Shown one piece after another: positions 1-12,600 of a DNA stretch of 64,000 nucleotides; position 1 is the stretch's first letter, and every line of letters begins with the position of its first letter. The stretch is taken from NCBI GenBank assembly GCA_028023455.1, contig JAQFVV010000009.1:16802001-16866000 (forward strand). Direction: 5' to 3'. The notes under the pieces are model-generated. The model searched no databases and had not been told where the DNA came from. It saw only the letters and a list, made by a program, of their open reading frames with translations. The position numbers were made by a program, and so were the translations under genes. This DNA is from Epiperipatus broadwayi. Lineage: Eukaryota; Animalia; Onychophora.

Positions 1-1339
1 TGGAGTAATCTACTTAATAAATCTTAAAATACTTAGGACATGTTAGAAATCTTACCATAGGCAACCTTCTTTATTGATTTGTGCATTTATGTAAACAACA
101 TTCTCCATTACACATCATTGTATATACAGGCAATTTTTTATTTAACAGTTCTTTTTATAAAGGACTTTATGCTGTAAGAGCATTATAGAAATATTAAGCT
201 AATTATTTTATATGCTTTATTTTATTTTTATACAATGTTTTGTTTAAGAAATTGTTTTGATTATTGTTTAAATAACAGCTTTGCATTTTAATCACCATTC
301 TCATATCAAATATATGCACATGGTCATATTATTATAGTTAAAGTAGTATAATTTCAATAATAAAATGTTGATTATACTCTTGCCAGTTATTATAAGTAAA
401 TATTATTTACATTAAAATTGCCTTATAATTCATTTGCACTACAGTTACAGCTCTGTTTATATGCTAAAGTATATGCTGGATATAATATCAAAATTCCCAT
501 TTGTATTCAATCATAACTTGTAAAACTATGTATTATATTGATATTTAGGAGTCTTATATTATCTGAAGAGGGTTAAATAATATGTAGGTAAATATTACTT
601 TGATACTCATAATGTTATACTAGCCACCCATATCCTGTTTTATTATTACTGATTAGAAATATATTGGCATATTATATATAATAAATGCTGAATAAACTCT
701 AAGATTGAATTTAAATAAAGGTTAAGCTAAGTGTTAGGCAATCATCACTTGATTATGGGAGTAAAGTCTATTACAAAATGGCACACCAACACATGGCACA
801 ATAATGATAATTGGAAGCATAAATTCCATTACAATATATATATATATGCTAAAATTTTATCAACTTGTACATGTTCATAGAAAAAAAATCCTACTAATTT
901 TAGCTAGAATTTCTTTTAAATAATATATATATATATATATAAGTATTTTATATTAAAAAAAGCTTTTATTTATTTTGAAGAATAATAAACTAACAATCCA
1001 AAAATATTTTTTTCTCCAACCACTATTTTGGTTGTTATATTTCAAGTTTCATTTGACATACATTTTTTAAAATTATCATTATTAGCAATTTTTAAAAACT
1101 TTTATTTAACTTAAAAATTGTGTTTGTTTGTTTATTTAGGTCAATTCTTGTAATCAACTTTAATATACATTATTTGTTTATTATGTATAATAACCAAAAT
1201 TGCAATTGAAGAAAAAAAATATTTTTTTTGATTTTTAGTGCATTTCTCATCAAAGAAAATGTGTTTTTTTATATAAAATATTATATATATATATATTAAT
1301 TTTTACTTTTTAGTATTTATATATTTTGCAACTGACTTT

Positions 1340-1830
1340 TTAAATTATTCATATTAAAATTTTAAAAGTGAGATTATAAACAATATCCATATTTGAAAAT
1401 TGTTTACAAGATTTTTGTGTTTATAAAAACACCATTTTTAAAAAACATACTTTAATTCGACAATCAAGATAAATTAAGGTTTTATCTTTCTTTTTTTTCT
1501 GCTTTAATTAACTACAAATGTTTTTAGTAAATTTGTCATGAAAATTAAATAAAAGGATATTTTAAAAAATATATACAGCCATCTGTTGTATATCATTGAA
1601 AATTTGTTAAACTGATATTAGTTGTGGTTTAAAATTTAGTTCACCCACAATGTCAAATTAAACAACTAACTAGACAACCCTGAAACATTGAAGTGTCATT
1701 AATACCTACCATGTATATAAAATATGAAGTAAATCTGTTTGGTATAGCTACGTTAAAAATTGGTTACAAGATTTGACCCAAAATAAACAAACAAGCCAAC
1801 AGAATTTTCAAGTTCAATAAAAGTGTTTCC
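1340..1830. mobile_element. Possible non-autonomous Helitron/DINE-1-like remnant
   Basis: Motifs gccatctgttg (~1578) and tacctaccatgtatataaaatatgaagtaaatctgtttgg followed by aaacaaacaa resemble decayed DINE-1-type repeats; termini not identified. Confidence 0.25.
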
Positions 1831-2420
1831 AAATTTCTAATAATAATAATAATGATGATGATGATGATAACAAAGTTTTTGTGTTATAGTGTGGAATATA
1901 TATTATATAAGGAATTTTGGATCAATTGAAGCAATAGATTTGTTTAACAGTTACTGTGATCCATTAAAATCACATATGATCTACTTGTATCTTAAAATAA
2001 GATGTCAGCACCAGGCAATATTATATGTACTAATATAAAGTCAATTTGCAAGCTTAATGCAGCAAATAAAGAAGATTAATCTGAATAATTCAACAAGAAA
2101 AATGTTAATAAAAATAAAACAAGGATACAAACAAAATTTCATAAATCTACAATAGTCATCTTAAAGTTATTAGACATTCTAATACTGGAGTCAAATGAAA
2201 ATAACATTAGCATGCAGGAAATGAGGATCAAAGAAAGTCTAAGATCAAATTTAATGTGATGGTACCAAATCAGTTTTTCTATTCTTTTAAGAGATTATAT
2301 ATTAAATGATATATTCTTCTTGTGACAGACTTAAACTGCTCTTTGTTCTGATTTTCAAAAGATTTATTATACATCAAAATTCAAAATCATAACATAGGAT
2401 ACAGTTTGAAGAATATAGTC

Positions 2421-2538
2421 AATTATAAAACTAAATATTGGAGCTTTCAATATTAGAAGGCCTAATTTTGCTGACAAAGAATTATAAAACTAAATATTGG
2501 AGCTTTCAATATTAAAAGGCTTAATTTTGTTGACAAAG
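2421..2538 (+). repeat. 59-bp tandem duplication (2 copies)
   Basis: aattataaaactaaatattggagctttcaatatt... at 2421 and 2480, about 3 mismatches. Confidence 0.95.
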
Positions 2539-4030
2539 TATTACAGCTGATTGAGTTCAGTCATATATTCTAGACCTACTAGAAAGTAAGAAATACAGTA
2601 GTTTTCAGATCGACGCTGCTGAATTTCTTGTAATAAGGGTTTCTCTATTTTTTCAAAAACCTCCTCTGCACTATCAGTGGGAATGGATACTTTAATTTTA
2701 CACATATGCACATTTAAATCATTCAACATTTTATATATATACCCCATATGATAATAATTATGTTTCATCATAATGCAATTACATTAAATGAAATTTTTGT
2801 CTACATTCCTTCAGGTCCTGTTATTATTAACAAATTAATTTTAAAAATTAATACAATTCTTGCAGTCACTCCATACTCTGTTCTGCTGTTGTGGAGTTTC
2901 AGTATGTCATATGCCATTTTTGTAAACAAATGCTTCCATAGATTGAGTTTTTCTTTAATGAGTATGCTATTTACCCAATAATTTGATATTATTTAATAAT
3001 GTTAAGCATAAGTCTCTAACAGACCTAGAATTTTATTTGCCAATCATGCATTATAATATTAAACTAATCATCTAGCCTCTACTGTTACATTGGATATAGA
3101 TGTGATGCATAAGGCTATGATTCACACAAACAAGATAATAAGAGTACTCTTGCCAAGTTGCACTATTGAATTATTATATTCTGAGATATACATAGCTTTA
3201 TACAAAATTAGAAACCTTAAATTAGATCCTATACAGACCTGTTTAGCATTTGTATATGTTATCTTGTATATGATAGATCATGTTACATGTAATAACCTCC
3301 CCCTTCAAGGTTTCTTGCCTTGGTGGATCAACTTCATTAATGAATTATTAATGTGAACAATTCAAAAGTTGAACAGAATAATCTGAATGTACTGAGAGAA
3401 ATATATAATGCTAAATATATTATGCTTAAAAAATATTTATCCATTAAAAAAGTAAATTATACTTGGGAAGCAACCTACATGGTCAAGAAATTATATACAA
3501 TGGGCATTAGACCAATCCAAGAGCAATTAGAGTACCTGTGGCAATAAAAATTAATAAAACAATAGTATCAGGAAACAATATGCTATTTCCAATATATGAA
3601 TATTTTAGAAATGGATCTATCTTTATAAACAATTCTTGGAGAACCAAAAAAAAAAGAAACAGAGTTCAAATCAATTAAAGTAATTCAAAAACTACCTATA
3701 ACCCCAGATTCAAAACATCCTGAAATTCATTGAAATTCCTAGACTGGTGTACAATCATGTAAGTCAGCATTGTGCAAAATATTTAAAAGAGAAATACAGA
3801 GCTCTGGTAGTTTAACTGGATATTAAGCAACATTGATATTATTCCATTTGACTTGCTAATTGATATTTTGACAGATGCTGGCATACTTAAAACATTCTTT
3901 TGTTACTTACAAATTTATTACTAAATAGGCAAATCCATGTCACTCTAAATGAGAAATACTTCAACCATTTAACACCCATAGATCAATTCCTCAAGGATTC
4001 CCATTAATCCCATTGATATTTATCACATAT
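2421..4030 (+). mobile_element. Decayed non-LTR retrotransposon ORF2 (APE endonuclease + RT)
   Basis: IKLNIGAFNI at 2424 (APE N-terminal NxxG-type strand), LKEKYRALVVxLDIK at ~3783-3828 (RT LDxxxAFD region), PFNTHRSIPQGFPLIPLIF at ~3965-4021 (PQG motif); many stops and frameshifts. Confidence 0.7.
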
Positions 4031-4099
4031 ATTACCTCTGTTTAAAAAATAAAAATTAACTAGAATATATGGGTCTGATTTTTAAAAAAATGTCACAGA

Positions 4100-4771
4100 G
4101 TTTCTGACATTTCAGAAACAATTCTTCATACTATTAAATGAATATAGTTGAAATTACAGACTAGATTTACATATGAATAAATTATCTTAACATAGGGAAA
4201 ACGTTGAACATAAAGAAAAGTCTAATCCATTTCTTGATTTTCCATTCTATTTACATAATTTAGAAATGTGTAATAATATACAAAATTTAAAAAATAAAAT
4301 TGAAAATATCACCAATTCCTTATCTAAGTCATACTTATATTTCTATTCAAAGACATCACTGATTAATATGCTAATTACAACTAAGATTACATATTATTCA
4401 TCTTATAATATTTACAAAGGTTTACACATGATATGTATATTTGCAATGCAGAAATCTTATCTGCAGTGGATGATTAGTAAACACAAAACTGAAACCCCTT
4501 CAATGTACACTAATAGCAATGGTTTAAGTTTGTGCAGTATTAATATATTTATGATACAAAAGACAATCTAATATCCTCATGTTCATAAATATTTCTGCTA
4601 CTTAAAATAGCAATGAAGGTTATGCCAATGGATGCATCCCTCCAGTCAGTAGATACACCCATTCCTAATTTTTCTTTTTGCCCACCTGTGAATAAATTTA
4701 AACAAAGGAATATCTACTCATTGTTGCATATTCTTTCTGAGGATGCTGTAAATTCAATTATCCTCAGCCTT
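4100..4771 (-). mobile_element. Decayed Penelope-like RT remnant, interrupted by the 4772-6047 insertion
   Basis: Minus strand reads YSQVG...GMGVST (PLE Q-G-xMG motif) and LVYIEGVSV (RYxDD-like); heavily degenerate. Confidence 0.35.
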
Positions 4772-4930
4772 TAAACATCACATGATCACCATTTCTTATG
4801 CTTGCTTATAACTTATTAAAACAGGTAAAACTCACTATATGTATTGCCACTCACTGCAAGTTTAGAGTAATCAATGGATGCCAGAAGGCTTGTGCATAAA
4901 ATCCCCATATAGTGCCTACTCATCCAATAT

Positions 4931-4970
4931 CCACAGACTAGTGTCTGGCTTGTGGCCTTTGTCAGTGAGG
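4931..4970 (-). ncRNA. Decayed minimal type-I hammerhead ribozyme, family A
   Basis: Minus strand: CCUCA CUGACAA AGGC CACAA GCC AGACA CUAG UC UGUGG. Confidence 0.6.
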
Positions 4971-5895
4971 AGCCTTGGATCTGAGAGCACTGCACCTAGA
5001 TCTTAGGATCTAATGCAACCCTCCAGCAGCCACCTTTTATCTCTACTTAACTACAAAACTATGAGTCTTAAATTGAAAACACTTTAATATCTTCTATTTT
5101 CCATGTTCATCAGCTTATATAATATATAGGTCTGAAATCAGTTCAATACCTATACACTTTGGTTCTTTAATAACCATAGTCACCACTATCCTATTAGGCA
5201 GTGATCATATGGTGTTCATTGGCTTAAAATCAATCCTGCCTAATAGGATAGTGGTAGCTATGGTTTTTAAAGAACCAAAGACACCAAAGTGTATAGATAC
5301 TGAACTGAGTTCAGACCTATATGACTATATAAGCTGATGAGCTTGGATTGAAGATATTAAAGTATTTTCAATTTAAGACTCATAGTTTTGTAGCTAAGTA
5401 GAGATTAAAGATGGCTGCTGGAGGGTTGCATTAGATCCTAAGATCTAGGTGCAGTGCTCTCAGATCCAAGACTCCTCAAGCCAGAAATTAGTCTGGGGAT
5501 ATTGGATAAATAGTCACTAGAAGGAATTTTATGCACACCCTTCTGGCACCATTGATTACTCTAGCTTGCAGTGAGTGGCAATATGTATAGTGAATTTTGC
5601 CTGTTTTAATAACAGTTATAAGCAAGCATAATAAATGGTGATCATGTGATGTTTTTTGGCTTAAAACCAATCCTGCCTAATAGAATAGTGGTGGTTATGG
5701 TTATTAAAGAACCGAAGATACCAAAGTTAGGTTCAGACCTATATGACTATATAAGCTGATAATCTTGTATTGATGACATTAAAGTGTTTTCAATTTAAGA
5801 CTCATAGTTTTGTAGTTAAGTAGAGATAAAAGGTGGCTGCTGGAGGATTGCATTAGATCCTAAGATCTAGGTGCAGTGCTCTCAGATCCAAGGCT

Positions 5896-5935
5896 CTGCA
5901 CTGATGAAAGCCACAAGCCAAAAACTAGTCTGGGG
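5896..5935 (+). ncRNA. Decayed minimal type-I hammerhead ribozyme, family A
   Basis: CUGCA CUGAUGA AAGC CACAA GCC AAAAA CUAG UC UGGGG; helix III palindrome ACUAGU, GUC site. Confidence 0.65.
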
Positions 5936-6249
5936 ATATTGGATGAGTAGGCACTAGAAGGGGATTTTATACAAGCCTTCTGGCATCCATTGATTCTCTA
6001 GCTTGCAGTGAGTGGCAATACGTATAGTGAGTTTTGCCTGTTTCAGCATCCTCAGCCTTAATAGCAAGTTTTTAATTAGGAAAGTAAAATTTTGGACCCT
6101 ATTATAAAATATTGTGATTTTTTTTATTAAAGTAAACCTTGAGTCCCTTCCCACATTTCATTTCTACAGGCACAAAAGTTAATGTATGAATGTTGAATGA
6201 ACAATGTAGTCTGTATCTTAACAATTCTGAAACACAGGCTCACATTTTG

Positions 6250-7480
6250 TTTTAGAGTCCTAGTTTTAATAACATCAGGTATTGTCATTTCTAAAATTTT
6301 TCAATAATTTCAACTTTAACATCAAGTCTCTCTTTAATATCTTTACCTTGGGTGTTATTATAAACATTAGGGAATGTACCTCTATTTTATATACATGGAT
6401 GTGTGCTAGTTGTATTTTAATGTAAAATAATAACCATGGGATGCATCCTAACACATTTTGGAATAAATTAGAAATAATCAAAGCAAGAGATATAAAAATA
6501 ACTCTAGAAAGTATAATTAATGCATCTCCATATAACACTACTAATAGGACACCTCCTATACATTGTTATCTATCATCAATCAACAAAAAGCTATATTTAC
6601 ACAGACATTTTTGTAAGCAGTAACCAAGTATTCATATGAAAAATATATACACTACTAAACTCAAACTCGACTCCAAATACCTCTAATACAATGCTTGGAA
6701 TCAACAACAAACAACTGCTCAGAAAATTCACACAATGGTTCCTGAAACATAAGTACTTTGATTTTCTGATCAAACTCAACCTTAATGTCATGCTAACATC
6801 ATACTTTATTCTACAGACGACTATATACCAACATAGACCTTTTCTGTACCCTATGCCATTGTGCAGAAAAAACACCAACAATATCTATTATAAGACTGCT
6901 TGGCATTAATAACCACCTGACAAAAAATAAAGCATATAGAGATCTTAACATCATTATGAAAAACATATTTAGCACATATTGTGGAGACCGTACCCATAAT
7001 CTGGGCTTCTATGTTCATACTGTATGTAGTCTGGTGCACATACTGCACTTATGCATTTGGAAAAACATGAGACAACATCCATCTACATTCTATGACAAAC
7101 TAATCAATCTTAAAAACTGAGACAACAAAATAACACACCCTGGACATATTTGCAAACACTTTGTCATTAATAAAGCAACAGTCAAATTCCTAATCAAACA
7201 AAATCTCCAACAATCAAGCAGAACACCAATGCAAATACTAATCAAACCAAATCATCTATAAGCCATAGGTTAATCTCTCAAACTGACACTACACTTTACA
7301 AAAAATCCTTACAAAGACCAAGTATGTAAATACAGTCTGACAATTTTAACTTAACATTACAAGCTCATCATACAAACCAACAGAAACACTCATACAAGTA
7401 TTACCAATGAAAACACTACTGAATCTACAATCAAAATGGTAAATATCCAGATACAGATCAAATGTATGCAGTGGATTTTA
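6250..7480 (+). mobile_element. Decayed Penelope-like element ORF
   Basis: RRLYTNIDL at ~6815-6841 (PLE SLYTNI motif); A/C-rich coding-like strand; possible IxCxxC remnant near 7455. Confidence 0.4.
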
Positions 7481-8411
7481 ACACTAGTAGCCAGCAGGTT
7501 TGAATACAAATATGACCAAAAAAGAGCAATCTAGTATTAAATTAGTACAAAGAAATATTTTTATTTTGACATGCATATGCTTACATTATTGATTTTTATT
7601 TACATGAATGGTTTAATATATAGTCTACATAAGAAAGTGGGGGAGAGGGTTTACATTTCTGAGTAGGGTAAAACATAGACTAAATAATATTTATGTAGAT
7701 GAAGTTATTGTTTAATGATTGCATATGTATATTCACAAAAGATTTAGAGTTTTACACATATATTTTGTTGTATTTTGTGTTGTTTTCATCTCAGTGTCTT
7801 GTGAGTTATCAACATCTTATTCTATGAAAGTTTTCTGTATTGATCATGAGCTGCTATGGTTATTATGGGTAGAGTCCAACCACCCACAACAAACTCCAAC
7901 TTAACAATTGCAACCAATCTTCTCATAGCAGTCACTCTCCCCCCTCTGAAACAATCATGCATTCAAATGCACCAGAAAGCTGATAGGTGGGGTTGTACCA
8001 ATTATGAAAGCAATTCTGCCATATCTTCCATGTACACCAACACCCTTCCCCAACCCTATTGCTAATAAAACCAAGAGGAAAACCTGGTCACACAAAGAAG
8101 ATCCAGTACCCTAAAAAATAGCACACTGATCTCATATCAGTGTGGACCTCACAGACAATTGCCACACTACCATGGAAATTCTATTCACTCACTAATGTTA
8201 CTCAGGCAACTCAAACACATAAAACTAAACCTGTTTTGCATCTGTAGATACAGCAGTCCAGAACATGTAAAATTTATGTAATATTGTGTTAATAAAATAA
8301 CTTTTATATATGTAAACCTACAACTACAGATTGCCATGTAACTATAGCAATCTAAGCTACGTAAAACTCTTGTAGCTTTCCCAGACAAATAAAGTTTATC
8401 TTTGAAACATA

Positions 8412-8502
8412 ATAATAATAGTAATAGTAGTAATAGTAGTAGCAGTAGTAATAATAATAGTAGTAGTAGTAATAGTAGTAGTAGTAATAATAGTATTAGT
8501 AG
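8412..8502 (+). repeat. Degenerate (TAG)n/(TAA)n microsatellite
   Basis: Direct reading: aataataatagtaatagtagtaatagtagtag... Confidence 0.9.
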
Positions 8503-8715
8503 TTTAGCAAAAAGCAGTTCACCTGCAGAGAACAGTTTTCTAGCTCTATTTTATATAGTCTCAAAGTAGTTTAAATACCAAGTTGACAAGGTAAAATTCT
8601 TATAATTTTCAATCATTCAATTACTCTTTTTTGCATTTCTGCTGATTTTTTTTTCATAAATTTGATAAAAATTATTACATTTAATCACATCATTTAATCA
8701 AGGTCAAATCTGGCA

Positions 8716-9335
8716 ATGGAGATATCATATGACCAGATATCTCTCACCAATATTATAAATTCTCAAAAACAAAGTTAAGATTTTAATCAAATATATCAAA
8801 ATTTTATTAGCATCAAGGACATAATTTCTAATAAAATCAACAGCTTCAGAGAAAAAAATCCAAATCCTAAGAAAACATATAGAAATATCATCAGCAGTCT
8901 TGTACAAATTCTCCATGGTAACCAAAGTATAGATTCAAATAATATTACTTTCTCCAAAGATCAAACTACAAATTTTAAAAATCTCCATAGCAACAAGGAT
9001 ATAAGCTCAAATAATATAAACAGCTTAAGAAATCAAAGTCCAAATTCTAATGAAACATATGGAAATATCAGCAACAATACACAAATTTTCCAGGTTAATC
9101 AGGAAATAGATTGAAATGATATTACTTGCTCCAAAGGTACAAGTTCTAAAAAACATATGCAAATGTCATCAGCAATAATGTACAAACAATCCATAGTAAC
9201 AATAATGTAATCCCAAACACTTCAATGTCAATTCCATGTTTTCGCAAAATTACTCTCAATAACACCACAGATTTGAACTTAAATATAAAACAGCACAAAC
9301 ACCTTTCACCATTGACTGGACATCAGAAACACTAG
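8716..9335 (+). pseudogene. Disrupted N/S/I-rich ORF with internal protein repeats (possibly retroelement ORF1)
   Basis: ATG 8716, TAA 8776, 111 open codons, TGA 9112, 1-nt frameshift ~9153, TAG 9333; repeated KKTYRNII / NETYGNIS / KKTYANVI motifs. Confidence 0.5.
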
Positions 9336-9683
9336 AAAATATTAGTCACAGCTTTTTAAGCACTATTTTCTAGTATCTTTATACAATATTTAAGAGATTT
9401 TTTGAGCCCATTTTCCTGTGCTATAAGTCACTAATATGAATGTATCCCCTTCAAGAAGTATAATAACTAAATTTTCTGATTGCATTGCCAAATGTATATC
9501 ATATAATACTAAATTATCCATGCACTTTACTATTGTTACACAATGCTTTATTTACCACCCTCTTTTACAATTTACAGTTTTGATTGCCCCAGCAATCTTC
9601 TTCAAAACTACAACTAATACAAAGATATGAATATAAATATACATGAACATATAATTTACATTCTATATATACATCTTGTAATC

Positions 9684-9811
9684 ATCATCTATTTATTACC
9701 TTTAAAATATATAATTTTTTATCCTTTTTTACATTCTATATTTATTAATTAAAACTTCCTATACATATATATTCTATAATTCTTATCACTCTTAAAATAC
9801 TTAATTCTAAC

Positions 9812-9812
<1 letters not shown>
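9684..9812 (+). repeat. Direct repeat copy 1 (pairs with 11534-11682)
   Basis: atcatctatttattacctttaaaatat...ttaaaacttcctatacatatatattctat...aaatacttaattct in both copies. Confidence 0.85.
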
Positions 9813-9813
<1 letters not shown>

Positions 9814-9843
<30 letters not shown>

Positions 9844-10959
9844 CTTCTTCTTCTTCTTCTTCTTCTTCTTCTTCTTCTTCTTCTTCTTCTTCTTCTTCTT
9901 CTTCTTCTTCTTCTTCTTCTTCTTCTTCTTCTTCTTCTTCTTCTTCTTCTTCTTCTTCTTCTTCTTCTTCTTCTTCTTCTTCTTCTTCTTCTTCTTCTTC
10001 TTCTTCTTCTTCTTCTTCTTCTTCTTCTTCTTCTTCTTCTTCTTCTTCTTCTTCTTCTTCTTCTTCTTCTTCTTCTTCTTCTTCTTCTTCTTCTTCTTCT
10101 TCTTCTTCTTCTTCTTCTTCTTCTTCTTCTTCTTCTTCTTCTTCTTCTTCTTCTTCTTCTTCTTCTTCTTCTTCTTCTTCTTCTTCTTCTTCTTCTTCTT
10201 CTTCTTCTTCTTCTTCTTCTTCTTCTTCTTCTTCTTCTTCTTCTTCTTCTTCTTCTTCTTCTTCTTCTTCTTCTTCTTCTTCTTCTTCTTCTTCTTCTTC
10301 TTCTTCTTCTTCTTCTTCTTCTTCTTCTTCTTCTTCTTCTTCTTCTTCTTCTTCTTCTTCTTCTTCTTCTTCTTCTTCTTCTTCTTCTTCTTCTTCTTCT
10401 TCTTCTTCTTCTTCTTCTTCTTCTTCTTCTTCTTCTTCTTCTTCTTCTTCTTCTTCTTCTTCTTCTTCTTCTTCTTCTTCTTCTTCTTCTTCTTCTTCTT
10501 CTTCTTCTTCTTCTTCTTCTTCTTCTTCTTCTTCTTCTTCTTCTTCTTCTTCTTCTTCTTCTTCTTCTTCTTCTTCTTCTTCTTCTTCTTCTTCTTCTTC
10601 TTCTTCTTCTTCTTCTTCTTCTTCTTCTTCTTCTTCTTCTTCTTCTTCTTCTTCTTCTTCTTCTTCTTCTTCTTCTTCTTCTTCTTCTTCTTCTTCTTCT
10701 TCTTCTTCTTCTTCTTCTTCTTCTTCTTCTTCTTCTTCTTCTTCTTCTTCTTCTTCTTCTTCTTCTTCTTCTTCTTCTTCTTCTTCTTCTTCTTCTTCTT
10801 CTTCTTCTTCTTCTTCTTCTTCTTCTTCTTCTTCTTCTTCTTCTTCTTCTTCTTCTTCTTCTTCTTCTTCTTCTTCTTCTTCTTCTTCTTCTTCTTCTTC
10901 TTCTTCTTCTTCTTCTTCTTCTTCTTCTTCTTCTTCTTCTTCTTCTTCTTCTTCTTCTT

Positions 10960-11037
<78 letters not shown>
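9814..11037 (+). repeat. Compound microsatellite: uninterrupted (CTT)~392 then (ATT)~16
   Basis: Direct reading; CTT 9814-10989, ATT 10990-11037. Confidence 0.99.
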
Positions 11038-11039
<2 letters not shown>

Positions 11040-11533
11040 TTTTACTAACAATCAATATTTATAATTTATTCATTCAATAATTTATAATTTATTTTAATTT
11101 ATAATAAGTCAATTATTTTATAATATTATTATTTTAAACACATTTTATCCCACCTTTTATATGTCCTAACTTCAACTGCTAAATTAAAATATTAAAAATT
11201 TACCATTATACTTTTAATTGAAATAAAATCCTTGTTTTTACTTTACCTTTGAGTGGTAAGTTTTAAATTGTGCTTTATGCAAAAAAGTGAAGCTTAGTAT
11301 TATTATAAAAAAATTATAAGGCTTAGCACTTCGGAGCTCCTTTTCACATTTTACACTTATAATATTAGCAGCTTCCTCTTCCTATTTTTTATATAACTAA
11401 ATTTTTTTTAAAAATTACTTTTTACTTTATATCAAAATTTTTTTCAGGCCCAAATCTCTATTCAAAACTGGCTTAATATTATTATTAAATTACTGAATGA
11501 ATAAATTAAAAATATTGATTGTTAGTAAAAATT

Positions 11534-11682
11534 ATCATCTATTTATTACCTTTAAAATATTATATATATTTTTACCCTTTTTTACATTCCATACTTATTA
11601 ATTAAAACTTCCTATACATATATATTCTATTTTTACTTACTTTATTTTATTCTTATTGCTCTTTAAATACTTAATTCTGACT
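11534..11682 (+). repeat. Direct repeat copy 2, possibly an LTR end followed by a PBS-like motif
   Basis: Matches 9684-9812; followed by ...ttatCA (11697), tt, TGGctccaacagg (11700). Confidence 0.6.
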
Positions 11683-12179
11683 TAATATCATTTATCATTT
11701 GGCTCCAACAGGTGCCAGAGTTTATCTTAGCTTAACTATTTATTAGCAATTATCGGGGTTTTTTTAAAAAAAAAATAATGATAAAAAAAGAAGAAATTTG
11801 TTAATGAATAAGATATCAAAATAATAGATAATATTGTAATATTTAGTATATAAAGTCAGTAGCATGTTGGTAATTAGTTTTGTAGGAAATATAAGATAGC
11901 AATTTTCTTAAAGAAAATATTTTGGTTAGTTTTTAAATTAATAAATAATGTTAAATATATTATAAAATAACTTTTGGTTTTGTTTATTTCTAGTTTATAA
12001 CTAATAATTGAACTAATATTGTAAACCAAATAAATAGATCAAAATTATGTCAGTGATCAGTTTCCCAGCTAATTTTTAAAAAAAATTACAGTTAAAATGA
12101 AATAAATTATATTGATTGGTTGTATTAAAAAAAATCGGCATGAAAATTTGGGGAGGTATAGTAATAATTAAGATATAAA

Positions 12180-12600
12180 TATAAGGTTTTATGGTGTTGA
12201 GGTGTGTGTGCATCCTCTTGAATTCTGAAGTATCCTGAAACTTTTCTTCTCCTCAAAAACAAGTTGTAATTTTTTTTAAAAAAAAAAAGCAAAAGTATGT
12301 TAAAAGTATATCTAATTGTTCTAAAGTTATGAAGTGCAACTGCTAGACCAAAGGTAACTATTTTTTGATATTGACTTTCAATTAATACTCTAAAAGCTAT
12401 AGTAAAATGTGTAAAGGACATTTTATATCTGCTATCTTATCTCCTAACAGCACAAATTATATCTACCAGGAAATAAAATTAAGATATAGACAATTAATAT
12501 ACCTGTGGCTAAATGTCTTTATTGCACTGAACTTTTATAGTCGAAAATTACTTAGTTATTATTTAAATAGCCTGGAACTTAATGAGGAAAGTTGAAAAAT
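12180..12600 (+). mobile_element. Possible Gypsy gag remnant
   Basis: Segment at 12210-12265 weakly recalls HPxxFLxx-E gag capsid motifs across a frame disruption; lies downstream of the LTR/PBS-like site. Weak. Confidence 0.25.

Larger units (their letters stand above)
4772..6047. mobile_element. HHR-bearing non-autonomous insertion, family A (inverted arm + tandem ~437-nt units; PLE pseudo-LTR/retrozyme-like)
   Basis: 4776-5201 is the reverse complement of 5236-5650; 5202-6047 is a tandem array with ~437 nt period; flanked by the direct repeat atcctcagcctt (4760-4771, 6048-6059). Confidence 0.85.

Noticed and set aside
2541-2771. 76-aa minus-strand ORF that looks protein-like
   Set aside because: Antisense to the LINE endonuclease remnant; no motif recognised.
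5333-5360. Second CUGAUGA in family A units
   Set aside because: No consistent stem II, GAAA or helix I across the three copies.
9811-11055. 414-aa poly-N/poly-K ORF
   Set aside because: Translation of the (ATT)n/(CTT)n microsatellite.
11700-11760. gtgccag resembling mitochondrial 12S rRNA
   Set aside because: The match ends after 7 nt and there is no other rRNA motif.
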